DNA from: Dehalococcoidia bacterium
Lineage (GTDB): Bacteria > Chloroflexota > Dehalococcoidia > Lucifugimonadales > VXLM01
Direction: 5' to 3'
DNA length: 64,000 bases
Assembly: GCA_963662435.1 (NCBI GenBank)
Contig: OY759598.1
Span: forward strand, 1,210,507-1,274,506
Numbering within the stretch: the first letter of the stretch is position 1; each line of letters starts with the position of its first letter. This document shows positions 39,484-48,975 of this stretch, piece by piece. The notes beneath the pieces are model-generated. The model saw only the letters and a program-made list of their open reading frames with translations, was not told where the DNA came from and did not search any database. Position numbers and translations under genes: made by a program.

Positions 39484-39492
39484 TGGTATACT
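39484..39492 (+). promoter_or_regulatory. Extended -10 element upstream of rpsN
   Basis: TGgTATACT, ending about 42 nt before the start codon. Confidence 0.5.
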
Positions 39493-39534
39493 GTTGTTCT
39501 GAATTCCAGACAACACGATTCGGGAGATGCATCG

Positions 39535-39840
39535 TTGGCTAAGCAATCGGTATTCGCGAAGAACGCAAAGCGCAGGAAAATTGTCGAGAAGTACGCTGAG
39601 AAGCGCAACCGACTCTTGGAGATCGCCAAAGACCCCAAGGCGTCCTACGAGGAGCAGCTTGAAGCTCGCCACGAGTTGGCCAAGCTGCCCGTCAACGCGA
39701 ACCCGAACCGCGTCCGCAACCGGTGCGAGATAACCGGTCGCCCCCGCGGATATCTCCGCCACTTCGGCCTCTCCCGCATCACCTTCCGCGAGATGGCCCT
39801 CAAGGGAATGCTCCCCGGCGTCCGCAAGGCCAGTTGGTAG
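39535..39840 (+). CDS. rpsN: 30S ribosomal protein S14, long (101 aa) zinc-independent form
   Basis: MAKQS...[36 protein letters not shown]; only one Cys. Confidence 0.95.
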   Translation: MAKQSVFAKNAKRRKIVEKYAEKRNRLLEIAKDPKASYEEQLEARHELAKLPVNANPNRVRNRCEITGRPRGYLRHFGLSRITFREMALKGMLPGVRKASW

Positions 39841-39908
39841 CGTAACTCTCGCTATCGTCCATTGTCGAACTAAGGCTAATCTGCCCGTCTCTACGCCTTC
39901 TGATGTCC

Positions 39909-41744
39909 TCACCCCTCCTGCAAGGGCAAGACTATGTGTGACGGCTCTTCGTTGCTGTGGAATATCGTCTGATGTGCAATCTCGTAGCGCCGCTCAAGCC
40001 CTAACGGTCCTCCCGTATTGGGATTCACGTCGAAGCGCGGCCAGTTGCTGCTGCTGATATCCAGCCGAATCCGATGCCCCTTGCGGAACACATTCGATGT
40101 CGGATACAGGTGGAATTCGAACTCGTAGGGCGTGCCTGGCTCCATGAGTTCCGGCTCGGTCCAGCTGTTGCGGTAGCGTGCCCTGATTATCGAATCCGTG
40201 ATGTTCATCGCGAAGCCGTCCGGGTAGTCGTCCGACGGGGGATAGACATCGATCAGTTTGGCAGTGAAATCGGTGTCCGGTGCCGATGATGCCGCCCAGA
40301 GGTGCATGATGATATGGCCTGTTACCTCGGTGTCCTCTTCGAGTTCAGGCGTCTGGAACGTGAGAATGTCGTGTCGAGTGTTTAGCGGCAACTCGTTCAC
40401 GCAACCGATGAAATCCCCCCTGCCCCGCTGGTCGAAGGCGCCCGCCCTGATAATCGAGTCCGCCGCCGAGATGCCTCCGCCCATTGTAGGCACGGGGTCC
40501 ATAGGATCGAAGGTGTAACCGGTAGACGCCGCTTCATCTTCGGTAGGCTCATCCGTCGAAAGTGTACCGTCCGCATGTACGTAGAACGGCGTGTCCTTGG
40601 TTCCTGGCACCGGCCAGTCCGGCTCGCTTCGCCAGTAGCCTCCGTGGTCGAGTCTTCGGTCGTAGTCATGCTTATTCTTACGTTGGCTGCCCGTGCCCAT
40701 CGTGAAGATGCGGACGGGCGACCACTCCGCGAACTCGGTGTCCATCCCCTTCATGTAGTGGTCGAACCACGCCAGTCGCAGGTCGTTCGTTTCGATGCTG
40801 GAGTGCTGGCCGAAGTCCACGTCGCCTGAGTACGTTAGCTCGTACATTCCGTGCGTCCATGGGCCCATGAGCAGCACCTGCTGTGACTGTTTGATGGCGG
40901 ACAGCTTCATGTAGCTCATTGGCGTGTTGAGGGCGTAGGAGTCGTACCACCCGCCGAGGTACAGCGTGGGAACGTCGGCGTGCTCGTCGTAGTATTCGTC
41001 CATGGCATAGCCGCGCTGCTTCCAGTATTCGTCGAATTCGCCGTGAGTCAGGATGTCGATTGCCCATTGCTCATACGAGGGTAGCCTCCGGAGCACGGTC
41101 GCCCCTTTCTTAAGCGGAAACTGGCGGACGATGTCGGGAATGTCTTCGAGGAAGGCCTTCATTATCTCCGCCTGAAGGCCAGGATCTGCCATGGCCTCCT
41201 TGCTCGTCATCGCCATACGGTACACGTAGACGTGGAAACGCTGCTCCAAGGCCCCGTTCTGACGCATGGAGCCGTGGTAGTAGTTTGCAGCGCCGACCGC
41301 GACGATCATGGTCGAAAGGTGGGACGGCGCCATGGTCGCCAAGGCGCTCTGATCGCTGCCGGAGTACGATCCGCCCATCGTCCCAACCTTGCCGTTGCTC
41401 CACTCCTGGACGCCGAGCCACTGCACGGTGTCGTAGCCGTCCGGTGCCTCCTTGGCGAAGGCGTACCACTCGCCCTCCGACTCGAATCGCCCTCGAACGT
41501 CCTGGATCACCGTGACATATCCTCGTCGAGCGAAGTATCTTGCATTCGCGACCTGCCGGGGCGCCGTCTTGTCATAGGGGGTACGTTCCACGATTACCGG
41601 GAATTCCCCCTCGACAGGTACGCCAATCCTGGACGGGAAATAGATGTCCGACGCTAACCGGACACCGTCACGCATCGGCGTCATGACATTCTTCCGGCAC
41701 GTCACGTCATAGGTAATCGGGGAACCTTCGTAGACATCTCTCAA
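39909..41744 (-). CDS. CocE/NonD family hydrolase
   Basis: MRDGVRL, RTPY, QDVRGRFESEG, nucleophile GGSYSG, GGWYD, GPWTH, ISSSNWPRF; TTG 41744 after GAGGAG. Confidence 0.92.
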   Translation of the reverse strand: MRDVYEGSPITYDVTCRKNVMTPMRDGVRLASDIYFPSRIGVPVEGEFPVIVERTPYDKTAPRQVANARYFARRGYVTVIQDVRGRFESEGEWYAFAKEAPDGYDTVQWLGVQEWSNGKVGTMGGSYSGSDQSALATMAPSHLSTMIVAVGAANYYHGSMRQNGALEQRFHVYVYRMAMTSKEAMADPGLQAEIMKAFLEDIPDIVRQFPLKKGATVLRRLPSYEQWAIDILTHGEFDEYWKQRGYAMDEYYDEHADVPTLYLGGWYDSYALNTPMSYMKLSAIKQSQQVLLMGPWTHGMYELTYSGDVDFGQHSSIETNDLRLAWFDHYMKGMDTEFAEWSPVRIFTMGTGSQRKNKHDYDRRLDHGGYWRSEPDWPVPGTKDTPFYVHADGTLSTDEPTEDEAASTGYTFDPMDPVPTMGGGISAADSIIRAGAFDQRGRGDFIGCVNELPLNTRHDILTFQTPELEEDTEVTGHIIMHLWAASSAPDTDFTAKLIDVYPPSDDYPDGFAMNITDSIIRARYRNSWTEPELMEPGTPYEFEFHLYPTSNVFRKGHRIRLDISSSNWPRFDVNPNTGGPLGLERRYEIAHQTIFHSNEEPSHIVLPLQEG

Positions 41745-41889
41745 GGTATCTTTCTCCTCAGGTAGGATGCCGCACGTTTGGGACGATACACGTGTTGTGG
41801 CGGCCCGGATTATAGGGCACGTATCGACTGTCACACAAGACAACCGTATCATTAGTGCCTACCCTGGACCGCAGGAGTCTTGAGCAAGC

Positions 41890-42945
41890 ATGTCCCGCGT
41901 AAAGCTGGCAGTCATCGGACTGGGACTGATGGGAAGCCGACACGTGGAGGTTGCTCGGTCGTATGACGGCTGCGAACTCGTGGGGGCTTGCGACCTTGAC
42001 CCAGGCCTGCGCGAGGTCGCCGATCGACACGGCGTGCCATTCTTCCGGTACATCGGCGAGATGCTCGATCGCACCAAGCCCGACGGGGCTATCTTGTCCA
42101 CTCAGAGCGCCGCTCACGTGGAGACATTCGAGGCGTGTGCGGTGCGTGGAGTCCACGCACTCATTGAAAAGCCCGTAGCCGATACGACTGAGGCCGCATT
42201 GCAGATTGCGGACCTCGCCGACGGAACGAATACCAGGGTACTCGTCGGACACCACCGACGACACAACCCCTTGGTCAAGGCCGTCCATGATGTCGTCGCG
42301 GGCGGTGGGATCGGCGACCTCCTGGCAGTGTCGATGATGTGGACACTGATGAAGCCGGACGACTATTTCAACATTGGTTGGCGGAGCGTCAAGCCGGACG
42401 GCGGACCGGTCCTCATCAATCTTGTTCACGAGCTCGATATACTCCGCTACGTTTGCGGAGAGATCGATCAGGTCTACGCGCAGGGAAGCTCAAAGTCGCG
42501 CGGTTATGAAGTCGAGGACTCCGTCAGCATCTCGATTGCTTTTCGCAACGGGGCCGTCGCCACGATCTTGGGCAGCGATGCCGTTTCAGCCCCGTGGTCG
42601 TACGAGGCCACGACCGGAGAGAACCCGCTGTACCACAACGTTCTGGAGAACTGCTACTACTTCACGGGTACCGGCGGCGCACTGGCCTTCCCGCAGATGG
42701 AACTCTGGAAATACCGTGACGCTAACCGTCGCGGATGGCAACACCCGATGGAAAAGTCCGTCGTTGCCGTGACCCGCGCCGATTCCCTAACCGTACAACT
42801 CACCCACTTCTGCGATGTCGTGCGGGGAACGCAGCCGCCTCTCGTCGATGCCTTGGACGGCGTGAGATCCCTCGCTGCCTCCCTTGCAGTGCTGCGGTCG
42901 ATTGCCACAAACACACCTCAGCGCCCCCTCCTGAGTGAGGCATAG
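41890..42945 (+). CDS. Gfo/Idh/MocA family oxidoreductase
   Basis: IGLGLMG, EKP, GHHRRH, GGPVLINLVHELD. Confidence 0.9.
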   Translation: MSRVKLAVIGLGLMGSRHVEVARSYDGCELVGACDLDPGLREVADRHGVPFFRYIGEMLDRTKPDGAILSTQSAAHVETFEACAVRGVHALIEKPVADTTEAALQIADLADGTNTRVLVGHHRRHNPLVKAVHDVVAGGGIGDLLAVSMMWTLMKPDDYFNIGWRSVKPDGGPVLINLVHELDILRYVCGEIDQVYAQGSSKSRGYEVEDSVSISIAFRNGAVATILGSDAVSAPWSYEATTGENPLYHNVLENCYYFTGTGGALAFPQMELWKYRDANRRGWQHPMEKSVVAVTRADSLTVQLTHFCDVVRGTQPPLVDALDGVRSLAASLAVLRSIATNTPQRPLLSEA

Positions 42946-42960
42946 ACTGCCCTCTAAGCG

Positions 42961-44154
42961 TCAGTCCCCTTTCACGTTGATGATCTGATGGAATGTATGC
43001 ACGATCTCCACCAGGTCCTTAGACTGCTCCATCACGGTGTCGATGTCCTTGTAGGCGCCCGGCAGCTCGTCGAGGAACTCCTTCGAGCGCCGGACCTCGA
43101 TGCCCTTCATGTCACGGTCGAAGTCGTCCATGTTGAATCGCTTCCTGGCCTGCGATCGTGAGAAACGTCGCCCGGCGCCGTGAGGAGCCGTATCGAACGC
43201 CTCCGTTTTGCCCAGCCCACGAACGACGTAGCTAGCCGTGCCCATGGAGCCTGGAATGAGGCCCATCCGGCCTTCCTGGGCCTGGATGGCGCCCTTTCTC
43301 GACACCCAAACGTCCTCCCCGTAGTGGCGCTCCTTCTGCGTGAAGTTGTGGTGGCACTGGATGCGCTCCAATTCGAGCTCTCCCTCGTGACCACCCTCTC
43401 CATAGACAGTGAAGCTAAGCTCGGCCATCACACGGTCCATCATCTCCTCTCGGTTGAGAAGTGCGAAGTCCTGGGCCCAACGAAGGTCGTGGATGTACTC
43501 GTCGAAGTCTATGGTTCCCTCGCTCAGGTATGCCAGGTCGCGATCAGGGAGCCTGATCGCCTGCTCCTTCATGAACCTCTGGGCGGTCCTGATGTGCTGC
43601 ATGGCGATTTTATTGCCTATCCCCCGCGATCCGGAGTGCAGGAAGGCCCAGACTGCCCCGGACTCGTCCAGCGTGATCTCTATGAAGTGGTTGCCTGAAC
43701 CGAGCGAGCCAAGCTGCAGCCTCCAGTCTGCCCGTCCCGAGAGCTTCCTGTAGAGTCCAAGTCTGTCGCCGGCCTTCTTCTCCAGATCTGCGACACGGGG
43801 CTTCGCCGTCGGAGACACGTTCCGGTTATATTTGCCTGCACTGAGAGGGATGCGTCGCTCGATACCCTCTCGGATGCCGCTGAGATCGGCAGGAAGGTCC
43901 TCACGCGAGAGCGGAGTCCGCACAGCGATCATGCCGCACCCGATGTCTACACCGACAGCGGCCGGGATTATCGCCCCGTCCGTGGGTATGCACGACCCCA
44001 CCGTGGCCCCCATCCCGACGTGGCAGTCGGGCATGACGGCCACGTGCCTGAAGATGAAGGGCATCGATGCAAGCTTCACTATCTGCTGCATGGCCGCCGG
44101 CTCGATCTGCTCCGGCGGTATCCACGACATCGTCGTCCTGTTGATCTGATACAT
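42961..44154 (-). CDS. rtcB: RtcB RNA 2',3'-cyclic phosphate/5'-OH ligase
   Basis: MPDCH, GVDIGCG, GSLGSGNHF, HSGSRG, HHN, RKGA, PGSMG, HGAGR, DELPGAYK. Confidence 0.95.
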   Translation of the reverse strand: MYQINRTTMSWIPPEQIEPAAMQQIVKLASMPFIFRHVAVMPDCHVGMGATVGSCIPTDGAIIPAAVGVDIGCGMIAVRTPLSREDLPADLSGIREGIERRIPLSAGKYNRNVSPTAKPRVADLEKKAGDRLGLYRKLSGRADWRLQLGSLGSGNHFIEITLDESGAVWAFLHSGSRGIGNKIAMQHIRTAQRFMKEQAIRLPDRDLAYLSEGTIDFDEYIHDLRWAQDFALLNREEMMDRVMAELSFTVYGEGGHEGELELERIQCHHNFTQKERHYGEDVWVSRKGAIQAQEGRMGLIPGSMGTASYVVRGLGKTEAFDTAPHGAGRRFSRSQARKRFNMDDFDRDMKGIEVRRSKEFLDELPGAYKDIDTVMEQSKDLVEIVHTFHQIINVKGD

Positions 44155-44204
44155 GATTCTCCTCCCTTGGTATGACTCCCCAACCTCAGACTAGGCCGGA
44201 AACG

Positions 44205-44232
44205 AAAAAGCCCCGGACTCTCGCCAGGGCTT
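44205..44232 (-). terminator. Intrinsic terminator inside the rtcB 5' leader
   Basis: AAGCCCUGG-CGAGAGU-CCGGGGCUU followed by UUUCGUUU, about 50 nt upstream of the rtcB ATG. Confidence 0.85.
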
Positions 44233-44259
44233 CTCACTACAGACAATATGTACGAGCTA

Positions 44260-44349
44260 TCAGCCCCCGGCGAGTTCTCCACGTCCTCCAAAGACACGCG
44301 TTGTCGCGGGCCTTTGTAGAACATTCAATTGGTTTTCTAGGCGGAACAA
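44260..44349 (-). CDS. Putative rtcB leader peptide (29 aa)
   Basis: GAGGGA RBS then TTG; MFRLENQLNVLQRPATTRVFGGRGELAGG*; the last codons are complementary to the terminator 5' arm. Confidence 0.6.
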   Translation of the reverse strand: MFRLENQLNVLQRPATTRVFGGRGELAGG

Positions 44350-44385
44350 ATTCTTCCCTCTCTGTACCTGCACGACGGACGCCAC

Positions 44386-44445
44386 AGTATAGTCGAACGT
44401 CTCGGCGGGTCTAACCAAGCTACACGAGGCTTGAAAGTGAGTCAA
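44386..44445 (-). promoter_or_regulatory. Candidate sigma70 promoters for the rtcB leader
   Basis: TTAGAC-17-TATACT (44414..44386) and TTGACT-17-TAGCTT (44445..44417). Confidence 0.55.
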
Positions 44446-44467
44446 CGATTCTTGGCGCAGCCAACCA

Positions 44468-45595
44468 TCACTCCACGTTCCACGCGGCCTCAAGACCCAG
44501 GAAACGTCCGATGTCCTCAACTTCCCTATCAATCCCTGTACGCGCCTGTTCCGACAACGACTCGAAAGGACTCACGGTAATAGTCAGTCTACGGCCGGAG
44601 CGCTTGCGCGTCCACGTGGCGATGGCCCTTCCATCAACTAGGATCGTCGGGCGAATGATCCCTCCACCGGGATGCACTTGCTTGAGCAACTCGGGGGCCA
44701 CGCCCAGCTCGCGGACGCGGTATCCCAGGAGGTATGGGTCGAATGCTCCCAACATTCTGAGGGAGGGCCTCACGTCCTCTCTTATCGTATTCAGCAGTCC
44801 GACGTATGATTCGGGCATCCACATTCCCACGCCATCCACAGTGACGCCAGCCAGTTCTCGTTCGATTGCCTGAAACGCGCGGCGCGCCTCCCTCGCTGGC
44901 AGACCTGACCACATGCCAAAGTCCTCAGGCGTGGTCGGGGCATAGGCCGTCACGTATCGCCTTGCGAACTCGGCAACAGGATCGGCCGGTTCAGAGATAT
45001 CGTCCTCAAGCCACGTGTCCAACAGTACATGCGTTGACTCTCCGCCAACGGTAGGACCGAAGCAGATGATGCCCTCCAGCGACGACCAGTGTAGGAGATA
45101 CACCACCGCCTGACCCTCCGAAGGCAGTCCCTGAACCGCCCAGCGCTCGGAAATCTGACGACGTGTCAGCGCGCCATCTTTTTCAAGCGCCCGACGCAAT
45201 ACTCTGACGGCAGGCCGGTAGATGTCATCGGTGACTCCGAGTTCCCGTTGACGCCGCTTGGCCTTGCGAACCATGAATGGCCCGACGAACCGCAGCACCC
45301 ATCGCACGTCCTTCGATGCGAGCAAATGCATCGTTCCACGCATTGCCCAGGTCCGCACCACCGTGCGTGATTCGACTCGCGCTTTTTCGACTTCCACAGC
45401 GGTCAGTCCGGTTATGCGTACCCGAACCGCCAGCAACTCAGCGACCAAGTCCTGGGCTTGGACGGCAGCGATCTTTCGAACGAGGTCACCGGCATCGATC
45501 GATTCTCGCTTAGCCAAGTGTTGAGAGTGAAGTCGCAGACCTCGCGCCTCGCCTCCTGTAAGCTTAAGGGGCAACTTCCCTCCGTATCGGGTCAT
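44468..45595 (-). CDS. HTH_42 winged-helix DNA glycosylase, AlkZ-like
   Basis: Catalytic QxQ (VQAQD), RTWAMRGTMHL, D...WSGL, FDPYLLGY. Confidence 0.85.
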   Translation of the reverse strand: MTRYGGKLPLKLTGGEARGLRLHSQHLAKRESIDAGDLVRKIAAVQAQDLVAELLAVRVRITGLTAVEVEKARVESRTVVRTWAMRGTMHLLASKDVRWVLRFVGPFMVRKAKRRQRELGVTDDIYRPAVRVLRRALEKDGALTRRQISERWAVQGLPSEGQAVVYLLHWSSLEGIICFGPTVGGESTHVLLDTWLEDDISEPADPVAEFARRYVTAYAPTTPEDFGMWSGLPAREARRAFQAIERELAGVTVDGVGMWMPESYVGLLNTIREDVRPSLRMLGAFDPYLLGYRVRELGVAPELLKQVHPGGGIIRPTILVDGRAIATWTRKRSGRRLTITVSPFESLSEQARTGIDREVEDIGRFLGLEAAWNVE

Positions 45596-45703
45596 GAAGA
45601 GTGTCCACGGTTCAGCAACATAGTGTGAATGGTCATTATCGACATCGTCAAATCCCTGTGTCCCCCGCCCCGGAACGATTTCGGTATCATTCCAAATTGC
45701 CTA

Positions 45704-45732
45704 TTGCAATAATAGAACGTTTATGCTACCCT
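45704..45732 (+). promoter_or_regulatory. recA promoter with imperfect Gram-positive-type SOS box in the spacer
   Basis: TTGCAA-17-TACCCT with extended -10 TG; AGAACGTTTATGCT (45714-45727) resembles GAAC-N4-GTTC with two mismatches. Confidence 0.6.
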
Positions 45733-45801
45733 CCCCGCGTCAAGTCCAAATGCACATACAAACTGCCCTAGAGGGCAGACACGAAATCAGGAGGCTCTAC
45801 T

Positions 45802-46857
45802 ATGACAACTGAACTGGATGCTTCTATCGAATCGACGATGAACGATATCGACAAGCGGTTTGGGCGCGGGACGATTATGCGCCTGGGAGATGGAGACACC
45901 TATAGTCCCACGAGCCCGATTCCCACCGGATCACTGGCGCTGGACCTGGCGCTGGGAATAGGTGGCGTACCGCGTGGCAGGGTCACGGAGGTATTCGGCG
46001 CGGAATCGACCGGCAAGACGACCATCGCCTATCACGTCATGGCCGAGGCCCAGAAGAGCGGCGGAGTGGCCGCATACATTGACGCTGAGCACGCGCTCGA
46101 CCCAGAGTTCGCGCGCACCTGTGGAGTTGACACCGACAACCTACTCGTTTCACAGCCCGACTATGCCGAACAGGCCCTGGAGATCTGCGAGTACCTCGTC
46201 CGAAGCGGCTCCGTGGCCGTGGTCGTCATCGACAGCGTGGCGGCCCTCGTTCCGAAGGCAGAGCTCGAGGGTGATATGGGCGACACGCACGTCGGCCTCC
46301 AGGCCCGCATCATGTCACAGGGCCTCCGAAAGCTCACGGCAGCGATCAGCAGGCATGACACGGCCGTCATCTTCATCAACCAGCTGCGGGAGAAGATCGG
46401 CGTGTTGTGGGGCAATCCGGAGACCACCCCAGGAGGTCGAGCCCTGAAATTCTACAGCTCCGTCCGCATCGACCTTCGCAGGGGGGAATCGGTCAAAAGC
46501 GGGACAGATATCATAGGAGCGCACATTAAAGCCCGTGTCGTCAAGAACAAGGTAGCGCCCCCATTCAGGACAGCGGAGTATGACATTATGTTCGGCGAGG
46601 GCATCAGCCAGGAAGCCGACCTGCTAGCCATCGGCGTCGAAATGGGGCACGTTCAGAAGAGCGGCGCGTACTACTTCTTCGAGGACACCCGGCTCGGTCA
46701 AGGCCGTGAGAACGCCAAGCAGTTTCTAAAAGAGAACGATGGGATCGCCGCCAAGATCGAGGGCCTGATTCGAGGCAAGACAGACATCGAGCATACCCCT
46801 GAGGCCGCTCCGGGAAGCGAAAACGGAGTCGCCACAGTCAAGGCCAAAGCCAAGTAG
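45802..46857 (+). CDS. recA: Recombinase RecA
   Basis: [51 protein letters not shown]. Confidence 0.99.
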   Translation: MTTELDASIESTMNDIDKRFGRGTIMRLGDGDTYSPTSPIPTGSLALDLALGIGGVPRGRVTEVFGAESTGKTTIAYHVMAEAQKSGGVAAYIDAEHALDPEFARTCGVDTDNLLVSQPDYAEQALEICEYLVRSGSVAVVVIDSVAALVPKAELEGDMGDTHVGLQARIMSQGLRKLTAAISRHDTAVIFINQLREKIGVLWGNPETTPGGRALKFYSSVRIDLRRGESVKSGTDIIGAHIKARVVKNKVAPPFRTAEYDIMFGEGISQEADLLAIGVEMGHVQKSGAYYFFEDTRLGQGRENAKQFLKENDGIAAKIEGLIRGKTDIEHTPEAAPGSENGVATVKAKAK

Positions 46858-46861
46858 AGCC

Positions 46862-48253
46862 ATGCCGACGGTACGTGAAATCGGGTCCAGACTCGAGCCC
46901 TTCATCGACGATTGGCTGATCGACCGCATGAAGGGTGTATCGCTCCGTCTGCATCAACCTGTCCCAAAGGAGGTGGCGTTTCGGTTCGATCAGCCTTGGG
47001 AGGGTACTTCCAGCATCTTCATCAGGGTCATGAAGGAAGGGGATGTCTACAGGAACTGGTACCGTGCCGGGGCGGACTCCGACCAAGCCGCCGCCTATGC
47101 AGAGAGCGCTGACGGCATCCACTGGGAACGTCCCAACCTCGGCATGGTCGAGTACGACGGCTCGAGCGACAACAATATCATTCTTCGGGACAACGATATA
47201 ACGAACCTTGCCGTCTTTCGCGACGACAATTCACTAGCGCCCGACAAGGAGCGGTACAAGGCCATCGCCAAAGGCCCCAAGATTGATGGTCGTGCGACGA
47301 TCCGCGGCCTGACCTCTCCAGATGGCTTCCAGTGGAATGTTATCGACGTCGATCCAATTCTCGTCGCTCCTGAAGACGGCTGGCCTATGTTCGACTCAAC
47401 GAACGTGGCATTCTGGGACGAGGTGCAGGGCCAGTACGTCGCCTACATGCGCGGCTGGTTCCCCAGCGAGGCTCGCGTCTCCTCAGACCATCACGGCGGC
47501 GTGCGGTCGATCCGACGGAGCGTGTCTCCGGACTTTCGGTCGTGGTCTCCACCTGAATTCATCGACATGGGCGACTCGCAGCCGGAGCACCTCTACACCA
47601 ATGCCGCCACGCCCTACTTCCGAGCGCCACACATCTACCTTATGTTTCCGCGCCGGTTCGTAGTCGGACGAAAGCTCCGCGACGATTGGGCCGAGGACGG
47701 TCTCTCCGACGCGGTCTTCATGAGCAGTCGGGATGGAATCCATTGGGACCGTCGATTTATGGAACCCCTGATCCCTACCGGCAGGGACTTAGACGACTGG
47801 ACCGACAGAAGCAAAACGCCAGGAGTTGGTCTCCTGCCAACCGGCCCCGACGAAATGTCAATCTACTACAAGGAGCACAACCGTCTGCCAACTGTTCGGA
47901 TGCGCCGGGGCGCATTCCGCACCGACGGAATCGTGTCGCTCAACTCCGGCTATGATGGCGGCGAGTTCGTCACGCATCCGCTGCAATTCGACGGCAACGA
48001 GCTCGTTCTCAACTACGCCACCTCTGCAGCAGGAAGCATACGGGTCGAACTCCAGGATGCGGATGGAACGCCGGTCGAGGGGCACACAGTCTCTGACTGC
48101 GACGAGATATTCGGGGATGAAATCGAGCGGGTCGTGCGATGGCGCGGCAGTTCGAATGTGAGTAGTGAGGCCGGTCGCCCCGTCAGGGTGAGAATTGCTA
48201 CGCTCAACTATGCCGACTTCTACTCTTTGATGTTCAGGCGCACCGTAAAGTAA
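46862..48253 (+). CDS. Five-bladed beta-propeller glycoside-hydrolase-like hypothetical protein
   Basis: Repeated Asp-boxes (SADGIHW, SPDGFQW, SPDFRSW, SRDGIHW), WERPNLG, R.DG..S, C-terminal beta-sandwich; 4 nt after the recA stop. Confidence 0.7.
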   Translation: MPTVREIGSRLEPFIDDWLIDRMKGVSLRLHQPVPKEVAFRFDQPWEGTSSIFIRVMKEGDVYRNWYRAGADSDQAAAYAESADGIHWERPNLGMVEYDGSSDNNIILRDNDITNLAVFRDDNSLAPDKERYKAIAKGPKIDGRATIRGLTSPDGFQWNVIDVDPILVAPEDGWPMFDSTNVAFWDEVQGQYVAYMRGWFPSEARVSSDHHGGVRSIRRSVSPDFRSWSPPEFIDMGDSQPEHLYTNAATPYFRAPHIYLMFPRRFVVGRKLRDDWAEDGLSDAVFMSSRDGIHWDRRFMEPLIPTGRDLDDWTDRSKTPGVGLLPTGPDEMSIYYKEHNRLPTVRMRRGAFRTDGIVSLNSGYDGGEFVTHPLQFDGNELVLNYATSAAGSIRVELQDADGTPVEGHTVSDCDEIFGDEIERVVRWRGSSNVSSEAGRPVRVRIATLNYADFYSLMFRRTVK

Positions 48254-48264
48254 AGCCCAATTCC

Positions 48265-48975
48265 CTACGGCAGGATGAGCGTTGTCTCCACCGTGGTCTT
48301 GAGGTCCTCGGCCACCTCTTCAGCATCGCGGTCTCCGTCGATGATGTGGAACCCCTTGCTGGGCGCCATTGCGATGAACTGCTCACGAACGAGGTTCTGG
48401 TAGCTGATGAAACTGGCGTACATGTCGCCGTCGCGGTGTATGTCCATGCCGGATTCCCAGTAGTCGAGATAGTGCAGGTTCCCCAGTACCCTTTCCGCCA
48501 ATACCTCCGGCTTCACATCCAGGTAGAGAACGACATCGGGAACGATTGCGAAGCCGAAGACCCCTTCAATCCACTTCATATCAACGCCGCGAACGACGTC
48601 TCTTGCAATCGGTGTGTAGACATACCTGTCGGCTAGAACGATGAAATCGGACTCGAGCGCCGGGACGATCACATTCTCAATCTGGTCGGCGAGGTCCGTT
48701 GCGTAGTAGAGCGAAAAGGTCAGCGGCCCAAGTGAATAACCCTGCATTACGTCCTGGAGCTTCTTCCCTACGAGCCTGGACCTCTTCAGCCCAGTCTGCG
48801 CCGAGGCATACCCCTTCCGCTCAAGCCAGTCGCGCAAGAGCCTGATCTGTGTGGAACGCCCGGCGCTGTCGGGACCTTCGATGACGATCAACTTGCCCCT
48901 TAGGGAGGAGAGGTCGATATCCGGAATGCCGGCCCCGAAGTAAGCGCGCTGCGCGGAATCCGCCGTAGCCGCCAT
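48265..48975 (-). CDS. Thymidylate kinase-like protein 2 (P-loop K to R)
   Basis: IEGPDSAGRST, LADRY, YWESGMD. Confidence 0.8.
   Translation of the reverse strand: MAATADSAQRAYFGAGIPDIDLSSLRGKLIVIEGPDSAGRSTQIRLLRDWLERKGYASAQTGLKRSRLVGKKLQDVMQGYSLGPLTFSLYYATDLADQIENVIVPALESDFIVLADRYVYTPIARDVVRGVDMKWIEGVFGFAIVPDVVLYLDVKPEVLAERVLGNLHYLDYWESGMDIHRDGDMYASFISYQNLVREQFIAMAPSKGFHIIDGDRDAEEVAEDLKTTVETTLILP

Noticed and set aside
44079..44324. Alternative 81-aa ORF in the rtcB leader
   Set aside because: No RBS, runs through the terminator and overlaps rtcB out of frame; the TTG-start uORF fits better.
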